Assembly: GCA_030704615.1 (NCBI GenBank)
Contig: CM060732.1
Coordinates: 2,542,001-2,606,000, forward strand
Direction: 5' to 3'
Source: Takakia lepidozioides
Taxonomy: Eukaryota > Plantae > Bryophyta
DNA: 64,000 nucleotides
A program made the translations under genes and the position numbers. How positions within the stretch are numbered: the first letter of the stretch is position 1; every line of letters starts with the position of its first letter. The notes beneath the pieces are model-generated. The model saw only the letters and a list, made by a program, of their open reading frames with translations, searched no databases and was not told the origin of the DNA. Shown piece by piece: positions 50,883-60,574 of this stretch.

Positions 50883-52705
50883 GCCAGGCTTGCCCAAGCA
50901 TTGCTAATGCACACAAACATGATGTGCTTCCCCCATCATTTGCTCATAGGTCTCCAAAGCCTCCATCCCACGTCCCTGTTGTGCATACCCTGCAAGCATC
51001 GCACTCCACGACACCACATCTCGTTCAGCCATAATGTCAAACACTCCCTTTGCATCCTAGATGCACCCACATTTTGCAAACATGTCCACCAGGGTATTGT
51101 TCAGAATGACATCTGGTACAATTCCAGCTCTGAAGATGTCGCCATGGACCTCTTTCCCCTTTTCCAGAGCTGCCAGGGTAGTGTTCAGATTGACATTTGG
51201 TACAATTCCAGCTTTGATGATATCCCCATGCACCTCTTTGCCCTTCTCCAGGGCTGCCAGGCTTGCACAAGCATTGCTAATGCACACAAACATGATGTGT
51301 TTCCCCCATCATTTGCTCATAGGTCTCCAAAGCCTCCATCCCACGTCCCTGCTGTGCATACACTGCAAGCATCGCACTCCACGACACCACATCTCGTTCA
51401 GCCATAGTGTCAAACACTCCCTTTGCATCCCACCCACATTTTGCAAACATGTCCACCAGGGTATTGTTCAGAATGACATCTAGTACAATTCCAGTTCTGA
51501 AGATGTCGCCATGGACATCTTTCCCCTTTTCCAGAGCTGCCAAGGCAGTGTTTAGAATGACATTTGCTACAATTCCAGCTTTGATGATATCCCCATGCAC
51601 CTCTTTGCCATTCTCTAGGGCTACCAGGCTTGCCCGATGCCACATCTTGTTTAGCCATAGTGTTGAACACTCCCTTTGCATCCTAGATGCACCCACATTT
51701 TGCAAACATGTCCACCAGGGTATTGTTCATCTGGTACAATTCCAGCTCTGAAGATGTCGCCATGGATCTCTTTCCCCTTTTCCAGAGCTGCCAGGGCAGT
51801 GTTCAGAATGACGTTTGGTACGATTCCAGCTTTGATGATATCCCCATGCACCTCTTTGCCCTTCTCTAGGGCTGCCAGGCTTGCCCAAGCATTGCTAATG
51901 CACACAAACATGATGTGCTTCCCCCATCATTTGCTCATAGGTCTCCAAAGCCTCCATCCCACGTCCCTACTGTGCATACGCTGCAAGCATCGCACTCCAC
52001 GACACCACATCTTGTTCAGCCATAGTGTCAAACACTCCCTTTGCATTCTAGATGCACCCACATTTTGCAAACATGTCCACCAAGGTATTGTTCAGAATGA
52101 CAGCTGGTACAATTCCAGCTCTGACGATGTCGCCATGGACCTCTTTCCCCTTTTCCAGAGCTACCAGGGCAGTGTTTAGAATGACATTTGGTATAATTCC
52201 AGCTTTGACGATATCCCCATGCACCTCTTTGCCATTCTCTAGGGCTGCCAGGCTTGCCCGACGCCACATCTTGTTCAGCCATAGTGTTGAACACTCCCTT
52301 TGCATCCTAGATGCACCCACATTTTGCAAACATGTCCACTAGGGTATTTCAGAATGAAATCAGGTACAATTCCAGCTCTGAGATGTCGCCATGGACCTCT
52401 TTCCCCTTTTCCAGAGCTGCCAGGGCAGTGTTTAGAATGACGTTTGGTACGATTCCAGCTTTGATGATATCCCCATGCACCTCTTTGCCCTTCTCCAAGG
52501 CTGTCAGGCTTGCACAAACATTGCGAATGCACACAAACATGATGTGCTTCCCCCATAATCTGCTTATAGGTCTCCAAAGCCTCCATCCCACGTCCCTACT
52601 GTGCATACCCTGCAAGCATCGCACTCCACGACACCACATCTCATAGGTCTCCAAAGCCTCCTTCCCACGTCCTTGTTGTGCCTACCCTGCAAGCATCGCA
52701 CTCAT
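50883..52705 (-). pseudogene. Tandemly amplified degenerate PLS-class PPR fragment
   Basis: About 5 near-identical units of 260-380 bp encoding ACASLAALEKGKEVHGDIIKAGIVPNVIL...NTLVDMFAKCGCI*DAKGVFDTMAERDVVSWSAMLAGYAQQGRGMEAL, with a shared in-frame stop. Confidence 0.88.
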
Positions 52706-53029
52706 ACCGTGCAAACATCTTTATTTCGTCTTCTTGAGAAGGATGGTTTGTGATCCGAAGCGCGACTTCTTCATTCATCAAGCCACTATGAGTTTCAACG
52801 TAGTGGATACACTTCTACAGCGGGATATAAGCACATAGACAGCATGCACTTGCCATGAAGAAATCTGAATTTTCCTTGATTACTACTTGTAATGGAAGAG
52901 TGTTGAAGTCCAATGTCTCTCAATGTATGTTCGCCAACATCTTCCCAAGGCGTGGGTCTACAAATTTGTCGCATTCGTTCGTCCTCCTCTGTTCATTTGC
53001 GAACACAACAAACTTCTTTCAAATGGACA

Positions 53030-53280
53030 TTCTCGGAAATCAACCTTGTTTTGACACAAGGTTGATTTCGGTTGTTGGAAATCAGCCTCGTGTTAACACA
53101 AGGTTGATTTTAGTTCTACAAAATCGACCTCGTGTTAACAGAAGTTTGACTTGAAGTTCTCCAAATCAACCTTGTGTTGACACAAGGTTGATTTCAGTTC
53201 TAGGAAAACAACCTCATGTTAACACAAGGTTGGTTTCAGTTCTAGGAAATCGACCTTGTATTAACACAAGGTTGATCTCT
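53030..53280. repeat. ~44-bp tandem array of the palindrome GAAATCAACCTTGTG-TT(G/A)A-CACAAGGTTGATTTC
   Basis: About 6 copies, ~200 bp inside a TIR-like end at 53491 (...ggctcacgtggtagcgtcgttg). Confidence 0.9.
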
Positions 53281-53723
53281 GCGGACGCCCTAAACCCTTA
53301 ACCCGTCTCACCTTCATGTGGTAAAATCCCCAGTTGTAGGCTCCTCGGTTATAGGCCCACCTTCTTTTGTGGTGACGTGGCACGACCTGGGCTAGGCTCA
53401 CGCCACGTCAGCGATGTGAGCGTAGGCTCATGTCACGTCACCATTGTGTGAGCATATGCTCACACGCCAGGCTCACGTGGTAGCGTCGTTGTTGTATGCA
53501 TAGACACGACTTAGTCGCAACTATAGCATCCTGCAGCCATACCATCGGACAACCTCTGCTGAGCACTCAGGGATATGGGTTGTATTGATGGAAGCCAATT
53601 TTCCCTAAGTCACCAGCCAGCGGTTAACAGCTACTACCCCTAGTTCACAACCTCAACACACAAATCCCCTCTTCACTCCTACAACAATGATTGTGCCCGC
53701 TGAATGTGTCTTTCACTCTTGCT

Positions 53724-54280
53724 GGGGGATGCTAGATTGTGAGCCCAGCCCCGTGAGCCCGTGAGCCTATGAGCCTGTGAGCCTAGGCAGGCTCACGCGA
53801 ACATGTGAGCCTAGCCCCCCTAGCTTGAAAGTCATCGAAGATGTAGGGCCTGTTACCGCGGTCGATCACCCATTCCCGCGGAAATATGCCTAAAACGCAA
53901 ACCCTAACCCTAAACCCTCAATGCAAACCCTAAACCGTAAACATAAACCTTGGATCGTAAACCCCAAAGGTCCCAATCGGGGTCAATGAAGAAGAGGTGG
54001 ATAAAACTGGAGTGCCATCATGAAGCCAAACGAAGGATTAATTATGAAGCAGAGGTGAAAAAAACTGGAGCGCCATCGTGAAGCTCAACGAGGCTTTAAT
54101 GGATAAAAAAGTGGTGAAAAAAAATGGAGCAAAATTGTGAAGTTGAATGAAAGTTTATTTTTGAAGAAGAGGTGGAAAAAAAAGTGGGAATGTCATCATG
54201 AAGCTTAATGAGGGTTCAATTTTGAGGAAGAGGTGAAAAAAACTAGAGTGACATCGTGAAGTTCAACGAGGGTTTAATCA
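53724..54280 (+). mobile_element. Terminal fragment of another related element, with degenerate CCCTAAA repeats and a ~61-bp tandem repeat
   Basis: Starts GGGGGATGCTAGATTGTGAGCC with TGAGCC repeats. CCCTAA(A)-like units at 53888-53965 and ~5 units of gaagaggtg(g/a)aaaaa..ggag..catc.tgaag at 53985-54280. Confidence 0.65.
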
Positions 54281-55215
54281 GGGGGTTGCTATTTCATGCG
54301 CGGCATGTGCATGAGCGCAACAAAAAAAAAAACATGAGCGGACCAGGATGTGTCCACGGAAATAGGGGTAGGAGGCTCAGAAATAGGGTCATGTGAAGTT
54401 GGAATGTAGCACCACTGGACTCGTCATAGCAATGAAATGCGATAGTTTATTGCAAATTTTGTGGCAAGCCACATCTATACAAGTGTGTCCTAACTGTCAT
54501 AGCCGGAATGGGCACTACTATCCTCCTCTCCTACACCCTTCGAGGAACTTGCCCCACCTTCCTCCTCATCCCCCTCATCCTCTGAGCTCTGAGATGTATC
54601 GGTTCCACTATGCCTCTCAAGAAAACCGTCCTCTCCTTGGGGAACTGTCCACCTCACCTCTTGGGAATTTGCTGCCTTTTCTCCTCCACTTTCCTCAGCA
54701 GAATCCAAGATAAATCTACAAACCCCACCAGCTCTAATAGCTGCTACCTCCTCCTTCATCTTCATTTTCTAGAGGCTTGCCTCGTCTAAAATATGTTGTA
54801 CACGACTAGGTTCGGAAGACCTCCTAATGGACACCGTAGCAAGCCGGGCAACATAACTAGGAAGGATGTAGCCCCTTTGAGGACTCGGCATGAAATCGCC
54901 CCTGGCAAAAAATGGCACATTCCTCCTGCCAACGAACTGCGGTGAAGTTGTCCCTTCTGCAGTACTTGGCATCCTGCAGTAAGAACAATCCACTTCAAGA
55001 ATGTCAATACCAGCAGAATGCAGAAAGGGTCTTTCAATAAAATAAGAGAGCGAATGGAGGTGCCTCACGAAATCAGGAGGCAACTTACAATGCAACCACT
55101 CACTCGTAAATTGGGGGCTCCTCGGCTGCGATCTCAACTTCTTCCTCCCCCTTGCTCCTTGTCGAACGGCTTTTACTCACCCATCCCTTCGCTATCCGAG
55201 GTGGAAACTCCAAGA
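54281..55215 (-). mobile_element. Subfamily B element end: TIR at 54281 plus the last exons of the ParB-MTase gene (54490-54974)
   Basis: Starts GGGGGTTGCTATTTCATG, with subterminal sequence similar to the right end of A. Encodes RNVPFFARGDFMPSP...EVRWTVPQGEDG. Confidence 0.8.
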
Positions 55216-55789
55216 TAGAAGAGTTGGATATCTCTCAGCACTCAGCCCGCTCAGTACTATCAGTCATGACCTGCAGCTAGTGAATCATGGTTGTGCTTCC
55301 CATTTGTATTCCTTCTTGCCTTCATGTTATCAATTTACCTTATCTGATACTGAAGCATCAGATTGCTTCAGTATCTACTTAGTTCCACTTAATCATGCAT
55401 TCATTTCACAGCTTCACTCATGTCTCTCTACATAGTGTGATTGTATCGAATAAGTATCAGATTATGATTTATCAGGTATCAGGCCAATGCCATGGTGACT
55501 CTAATCCGCCCTACAGTATCACTACAGCTCTGCATATAATAAGCATCTACTGTTCATCTTTCCTCCTTCTCTGTGCTCTCGTTCTTGCTCTCCGCCTGAT
55601 CTCCTCTTCCCATGACCCAGAAGCGCTCCCCGTGAAGTGATCCTCTTTCCGTTGCCCCTCTCCTTATCTGCCCGCAAGCTCTTCTAACCACCTAACTAAC
55701 TAACCGTCATCCCTGAAGTAACACGTTCCTTTGCAGATGTCATTCCCTCACAGTCGTTCCCTGTCAATGATAATTGTTCCCCAAGTACT

Positions 55790-55990
55790 GTGACAGGCTG
55801 TGTAAGGCTGTGTCGGGCTGTGTCGGGCTGTGCGAAGCTATGGCGGCTGTGACTGGCTGTGATTGGCTGTGTAAAGCTATGTCAGGCTGTGACTGGCTAT
55901 GTCGGGCTGTGTCGGGCTGTGCGAAGTTGTGGCGGGCTGTGACTGGCTGTGACTGGCTGTGTAAAGCTGTGTCGGGTTGTGTCGGGCTGT
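55790..55990. repeat. 10-bp minisatellite GGCTGTG(TCG/ACT)
   Basis: About 20 degenerate tandem units, directly visible. Confidence 0.9.
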
Positions 55991-58252
55991 ATAACCCCCC
56001 TAAAGCCTGCTGTTGCCGCCCCTAAGGCTCCTGTTGGTCTCAGTCTGCGCAAAAATTAAGGGTACCCCACAGAATCCGTAAAAGCGTCTAAGTCCCAAGC
56101 AGCCCTCTAACATTTACCCCTCCCCCTCTCAAAAAGCCGTGTCCTCACGGTTTACTGTTTGGGATTAGCAAAACTTTGTGAGCGAGCACCCTTCTGACGG
56201 TGAGAGTCTCGTGAAGGACTCTGTGTTCGAGCCCGAGTCCTGTCACTGGTTGACGGAGATGATTGAGCACTACCTGGAAATGTCTGACCCTCCTTTGGCT
56301 GATAACGAGGTAACCTCTCAGGCATAGGAGATCCCCGTCGTTTCTTCTCTGCCATCTGAAGTGCATAGTCCTCTGCCATGCCAAAAGAGTCCGCTAAAGA
56401 AACAGTAGTATCAGAATCCTCGTCTCCCCTTAGGTGAATTAACGGCCAAACTTTAAGTGGAATCCTGTGTGGCATACAATGTGGTCCGACCATATCTGGA
56501 AGTTTAAATTGTACAACTTGTTGTAAGCGGTGGCAAGCAAAATTAGTGAACGTCCTCAACTCCTTATCTGTATAGGTAAGAGCTGTGCCAATGACTTTGG
56601 CACAGTGTAAGTATTTCCATGCCTCATGTCCCTTAAAGAAAATATCCTCAGGGCCGAATTTCTGTGTTGTCAAATTGTTCCAAGCCGAATGAAACCATCA
56701 CTAGAAGCATTCGTGTCTTTTTCAAATCGACTGCATGTCCGCGACCACTCCGGGAACCACTTGGTAGTAAACGGGACTACTGGAGAGTCGAAACAGACAA
56801 AATTTGAAAAAGCCAAAATTGCAAGTGGTTGTAATTACTGCACATGCGACTACAAATTTTCATTCCTAATTCGATTAATGGAATAAAGATATTTATTCAT
56901 TAAAGTGAATATGGAGTCGACTCAACGACTCCATGAACCACTGCGCATTCATTGCACCCATGACTCGGCAACACATTTGCTGACGTGGCTTTCACAAAAA
57001 GAGGTAAACAAAATGTGGCCTTGGGGGAATAGATATTTTAATACATGCTGCCTCCACCTGGCCTGTCTGGCAAGGATGCAAGTGCTGCGTCGGACATGGC
57101 GGGACGTGGGAATGCAAATCCTGACACGGCAAGGCCTTCGTATACTGTGAGCGCGCGTAGTGGCTTCTCAGAACGGTGTGACATCGGGTTCTTGGTCATT
57201 CAACATTTACAGAATGTGCTGGATGGAGGCACGATGGAGCGCACGGAGAGGTAAAGGCTGAAAGCGTTCATTAAGGCTGTGAACTACAATTATATCATGC
57301 CAAACCAGTTTTTTGGTACGCAGATGGTGTCATGAGAGATTCTGCGATTTGCGCATAGGTGGACTTAATTTTGATGTTGACTTGAAGGCAAATGTGACAC
57401 CAGTGAAACTGGAAACTACAGGTAAGATGATGGTGTGCTACATCGCGACATAAACCTGCATTTGACATTCAGGCTTAGGATTCATGCAATTTGGTGCTAC
57501 TCAGGCCTGCACAGTTCCAGAGCAGAAGTGGGAGCCCATCCCAGGGATGGGGACCTCGTAAGTGCTTCTTCATTTTGTACTCACCTTGTTTTTGCATCGA
57601 ACTTGTGCTACAATGGGCAGAGCCATTCATTTGGCTGGAGGTTCAATTCCTCTACAAGTGAGCTATTCCCGTGTCACTACAATCAGTTAGATGTGTTTGT
57701 GGTGGTTGCTGGATTTGCGGCTCTGGGGTGTCTTGCCAAGTGCTTGCAGGGATCAACGTTAATGTGGACGGGGCAGTACATGTAGCATAAAAGCTCATTC
57801 ACTGGTGAAGAAGACCATGTGCGAACATATGTCATGCTATTGCTTCGAGAGTGCTGCTGTTGGGCAGGTGGGAGAATGGAACAACGGTGAGAAGGAAAGC
57901 AAGGGAAGCACAAAAAGGTGTCGTTCGGTCCTGCTCCTTTGGAGACACCCCCCATTCCACTGGTCTTTGTTCCTGGAAAGCATGCAGATGGGCCAGAAAA
58001 TGCATGCACACATTCACGTCTACTTCCCGTACATGAAGACGATCCTCTCCTCACATGTCAGAAACAATATGGGCAGAACAAAAAAAGGTTTGTTCACAAG
58101 ACAGTCAGTGACCACATACCCATACATTATCGATACTATTAACTGTCTCGCCCTTGCTTATAAGCAGGACTGTACAAAATGGGTTCTAAGGATAGTAAGA
58201 GTCCTTAGCATAGCTCTCATCTATGAGCTGCTGGCTTAATGGACACTGAGAT

Positions 58253-59280
58253 TCAGTTGGGCTCACTATCCGTATCCAAATAATCTTCCCCTTCACTACC
58301 CACATCTGCAATTTGCCTGGCGGTAATTACCAACCCTGGAATGTCTTCCTCATTAAAGGTAACTGCTCCTTCCAAAGAGACTGGTTCGGCCGTATCTGGT
58401 AGATTTTGTGGTTCCCTCAGACCCTCGTGGTCGGCATTCTCCCCTAGGTCCAGATCATGGACGTCGGCAACGACTCGTTTGGCCCGGGGGTCCTTGTGAA
58501 GAACCACCTTCCATCCCGGCGCATGGATGTCATCTGAAAAGAAAACTTGCTCAACTTGCGATGGGAAGATGAATGGTTCTTCATCTTGTGGTAGCATTTT
58601 TCTGAAATCAGCAAGGAGGAACCCGTACTCATCCCGTTTCATGGTGGCATTCTCTCCTACCATATTGGCTTTTACCCAAGAACAACGGAATAGAATTGGC
58701 TTCACAAGACCATAGTCTAGTTTAAGGATCTCTTTGATCACTCCTACATATTGCACATGGCATGAAATTGGATTCCGATCTCGTGCACAGCTCCTACTCT
58801 CTTGTTCAAAAAATGATGCCACTCCGCTGTCATAAGTCACCAGGAGGCTGGTGTTGGCATCGTCCACTCTATAGTGATTGCCATATGCTTTCATTCCACC
58901 CCTCCGTCCATGCCTGGTTCCTGTCCTGCGCCCATGACATAGTCCTCGTCTGGCCTGTCTGTATGGCTCCCTCGGGGGTGTGCATTGTCCAATTGTGCCC
59001 ACTCCTCATCGTCTTCGTCTGCAGGTCCATCTCCAATCCACACCCGAAATGCTTCATGTCTTTTGTGGTGAAGGAGATGTGTGCGCACACCGTCCTCAGA
59101 TCTACTTGTAGTGCCCAAACAACGTTCACATGGGCATGGCATCCTTGAAAGCCCAAGGGCTCGGGCACGTGCCACTTCTCTTTCCCACAACCTGTCATCC
59201 CGGTTGTTCTGTCTATAGGGGTGATTAATTGGAAGTCCTCCGCATGGGCGAGGGGAACTCATTTTTGTTGGGGAACTCAA
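58253..59280 (-). pseudogene. CACTA/EnSpm transposase deletion derivative: transposase-associated domain joined to DUF4216
   Basis: N-terminal MPCPCERC...VRTHLLHH...FRVWIGDG and C-terminal YVGVIKEILKLDY..ILFRCSWV...DEYGF...EPFIFPSQVEQVFFSDD..GWKVVL. The catalytic core is absent. Confidence 0.82.
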
Positions 59281-59852
59281 GACAGACAGGAGAGAGAAGT
59301 GGGTCTATGGGCATATCAGAATTACAAGAGCACACCAAAAGACTGGAGATTTGTTCCATCTATGCACCTCGGTACAGATGGTGAAGAGAGGCAAAGGCCG
59401 TGTGGGGAAGTACATACATCAACTCCCCCAACTGCACGAACTATTGGGCCCCTTGTTCTCTTCCATGGTATGCTCTGCCCCAATCCAAACACCCTGAATT
59501 CTCCATTGTTGCTACTGCAGCCTGCTTTCATTCACATCAACAGCATGTCAAGGGCATCACAAGAACTTCCTATAGGAAATGTGACAGTTTATGGGAGAGG
59601 AGATATGTCAATCATATCTTCATTTACCAGGAAAGATGATAACCCCATCCCACCTCACAGCCAACAATCTCCACGACGCCAGACTTTCATATGTCAGCAT
59701 GCACCTGTTTTGACCTTCTGGCAGGCTGGCCCACACCTTCGAAGTAACACAAACGGATATGACCTGGTCAAATTTCCCCTTTTCAGCCTCAACGACACTC
59801 CCTGTGCCCAGCTGTAGAAGAGGGCAAGCAGGTCTTCGGATATTCTCAGCAA

Positions 59853-60417
59853 GGGCATGGCAAAGATGCTCTGTAACTTTTCAACCAAGTTTTGAAACAG
59901 CAAGGGGTGAAGCCAAATGATGTTACACTCATTGCAGTTCTGTCTGCATGCAGCCATATGGGCCTAGTAGATGAAGGACAACACTATTTCCATTCTATGA
60001 GTAGAGATTATAGATTGTACTCATAAGACGTTGTATGCCGTAGCCTTGTGGCCATTGACCCTGCGCCCAGTTTGAGCGGGAACAAAAGGAACAGAACCTA
60101 CCTCCGTCAGGGGCTGACGGTGGTAGTAAGACTTACCATCATATAAGGAATTAATCCGGGTTTTCCAGATATCCTCTAGAAAACCCTTCACACAAGCATC
60201 AATCTGCTGCGTGTGATAATAGAATCATTCCAACAGGAAAACATTTTGGCTGCATGGTTGACCTTCTTGGCCGTGCAGGGCGCTTGGATGAGGCGGAGAA
60301 TTTCATCAACAGAATGCCAATTAAACCAGATGCTTTAGTGTGGGGCTTTACTTGGTGCCTGCAGAATACATGGCAATGTGAAGCTAGCAGAGCGTGCTGC
60401 AGAATGTTGTCTCAAAG
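59853..60417 (+). pseudogene. PLS-E class PPR gene fragment
   Basis: Encodes [45 protein letters not shown] / [53 protein letters not shown]. Confidence 0.88.
60015..60218. mobile_element. 204-bp insertion with a 5-bp ATAGA direct repeat (solo-LTR/TRIM-like)
   Basis: ATAGA at 60010-60014 and 60219-60223. Removing the insertion restores RDYRIIPT in the PPR frame. Ends are (T)TGT...GATA. Confidence 0.55.
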
Positions 60418-60574
60418 GTGAAAAGTTTCAGATGCAGACATACGGTGTGACATTTCTGGTAGTCAGTGAAGGACCGAAAGTGAGGAAAGAGATATGTGTA
60501 TCACGTCTGTGGGGTTCCTAAAGGGCCACAAGGAGTAGAACAACAAACAAATAACCATAGAAGGGCCCACAAAG

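Noticed and set aside
50883-52705. Functional PPR gene
   Set aside because: A recurrent in-frame stop, frameshifts and near-identical DNA units indicate an amplified pseudogene fragment.
53724-53760. Helitron 3' end (hairpin + CTAG on the minus strand)
   Set aside because: The CTAG is part of the GCTA motif shared with the MULE-type termini, and no Rep/helicase is present.
57000-57900. Possible exon fragments of a host gene (splice-like gtaag/ttag signals)
   Set aside because: No recognisable protein motif or consistent reading frame could be established.
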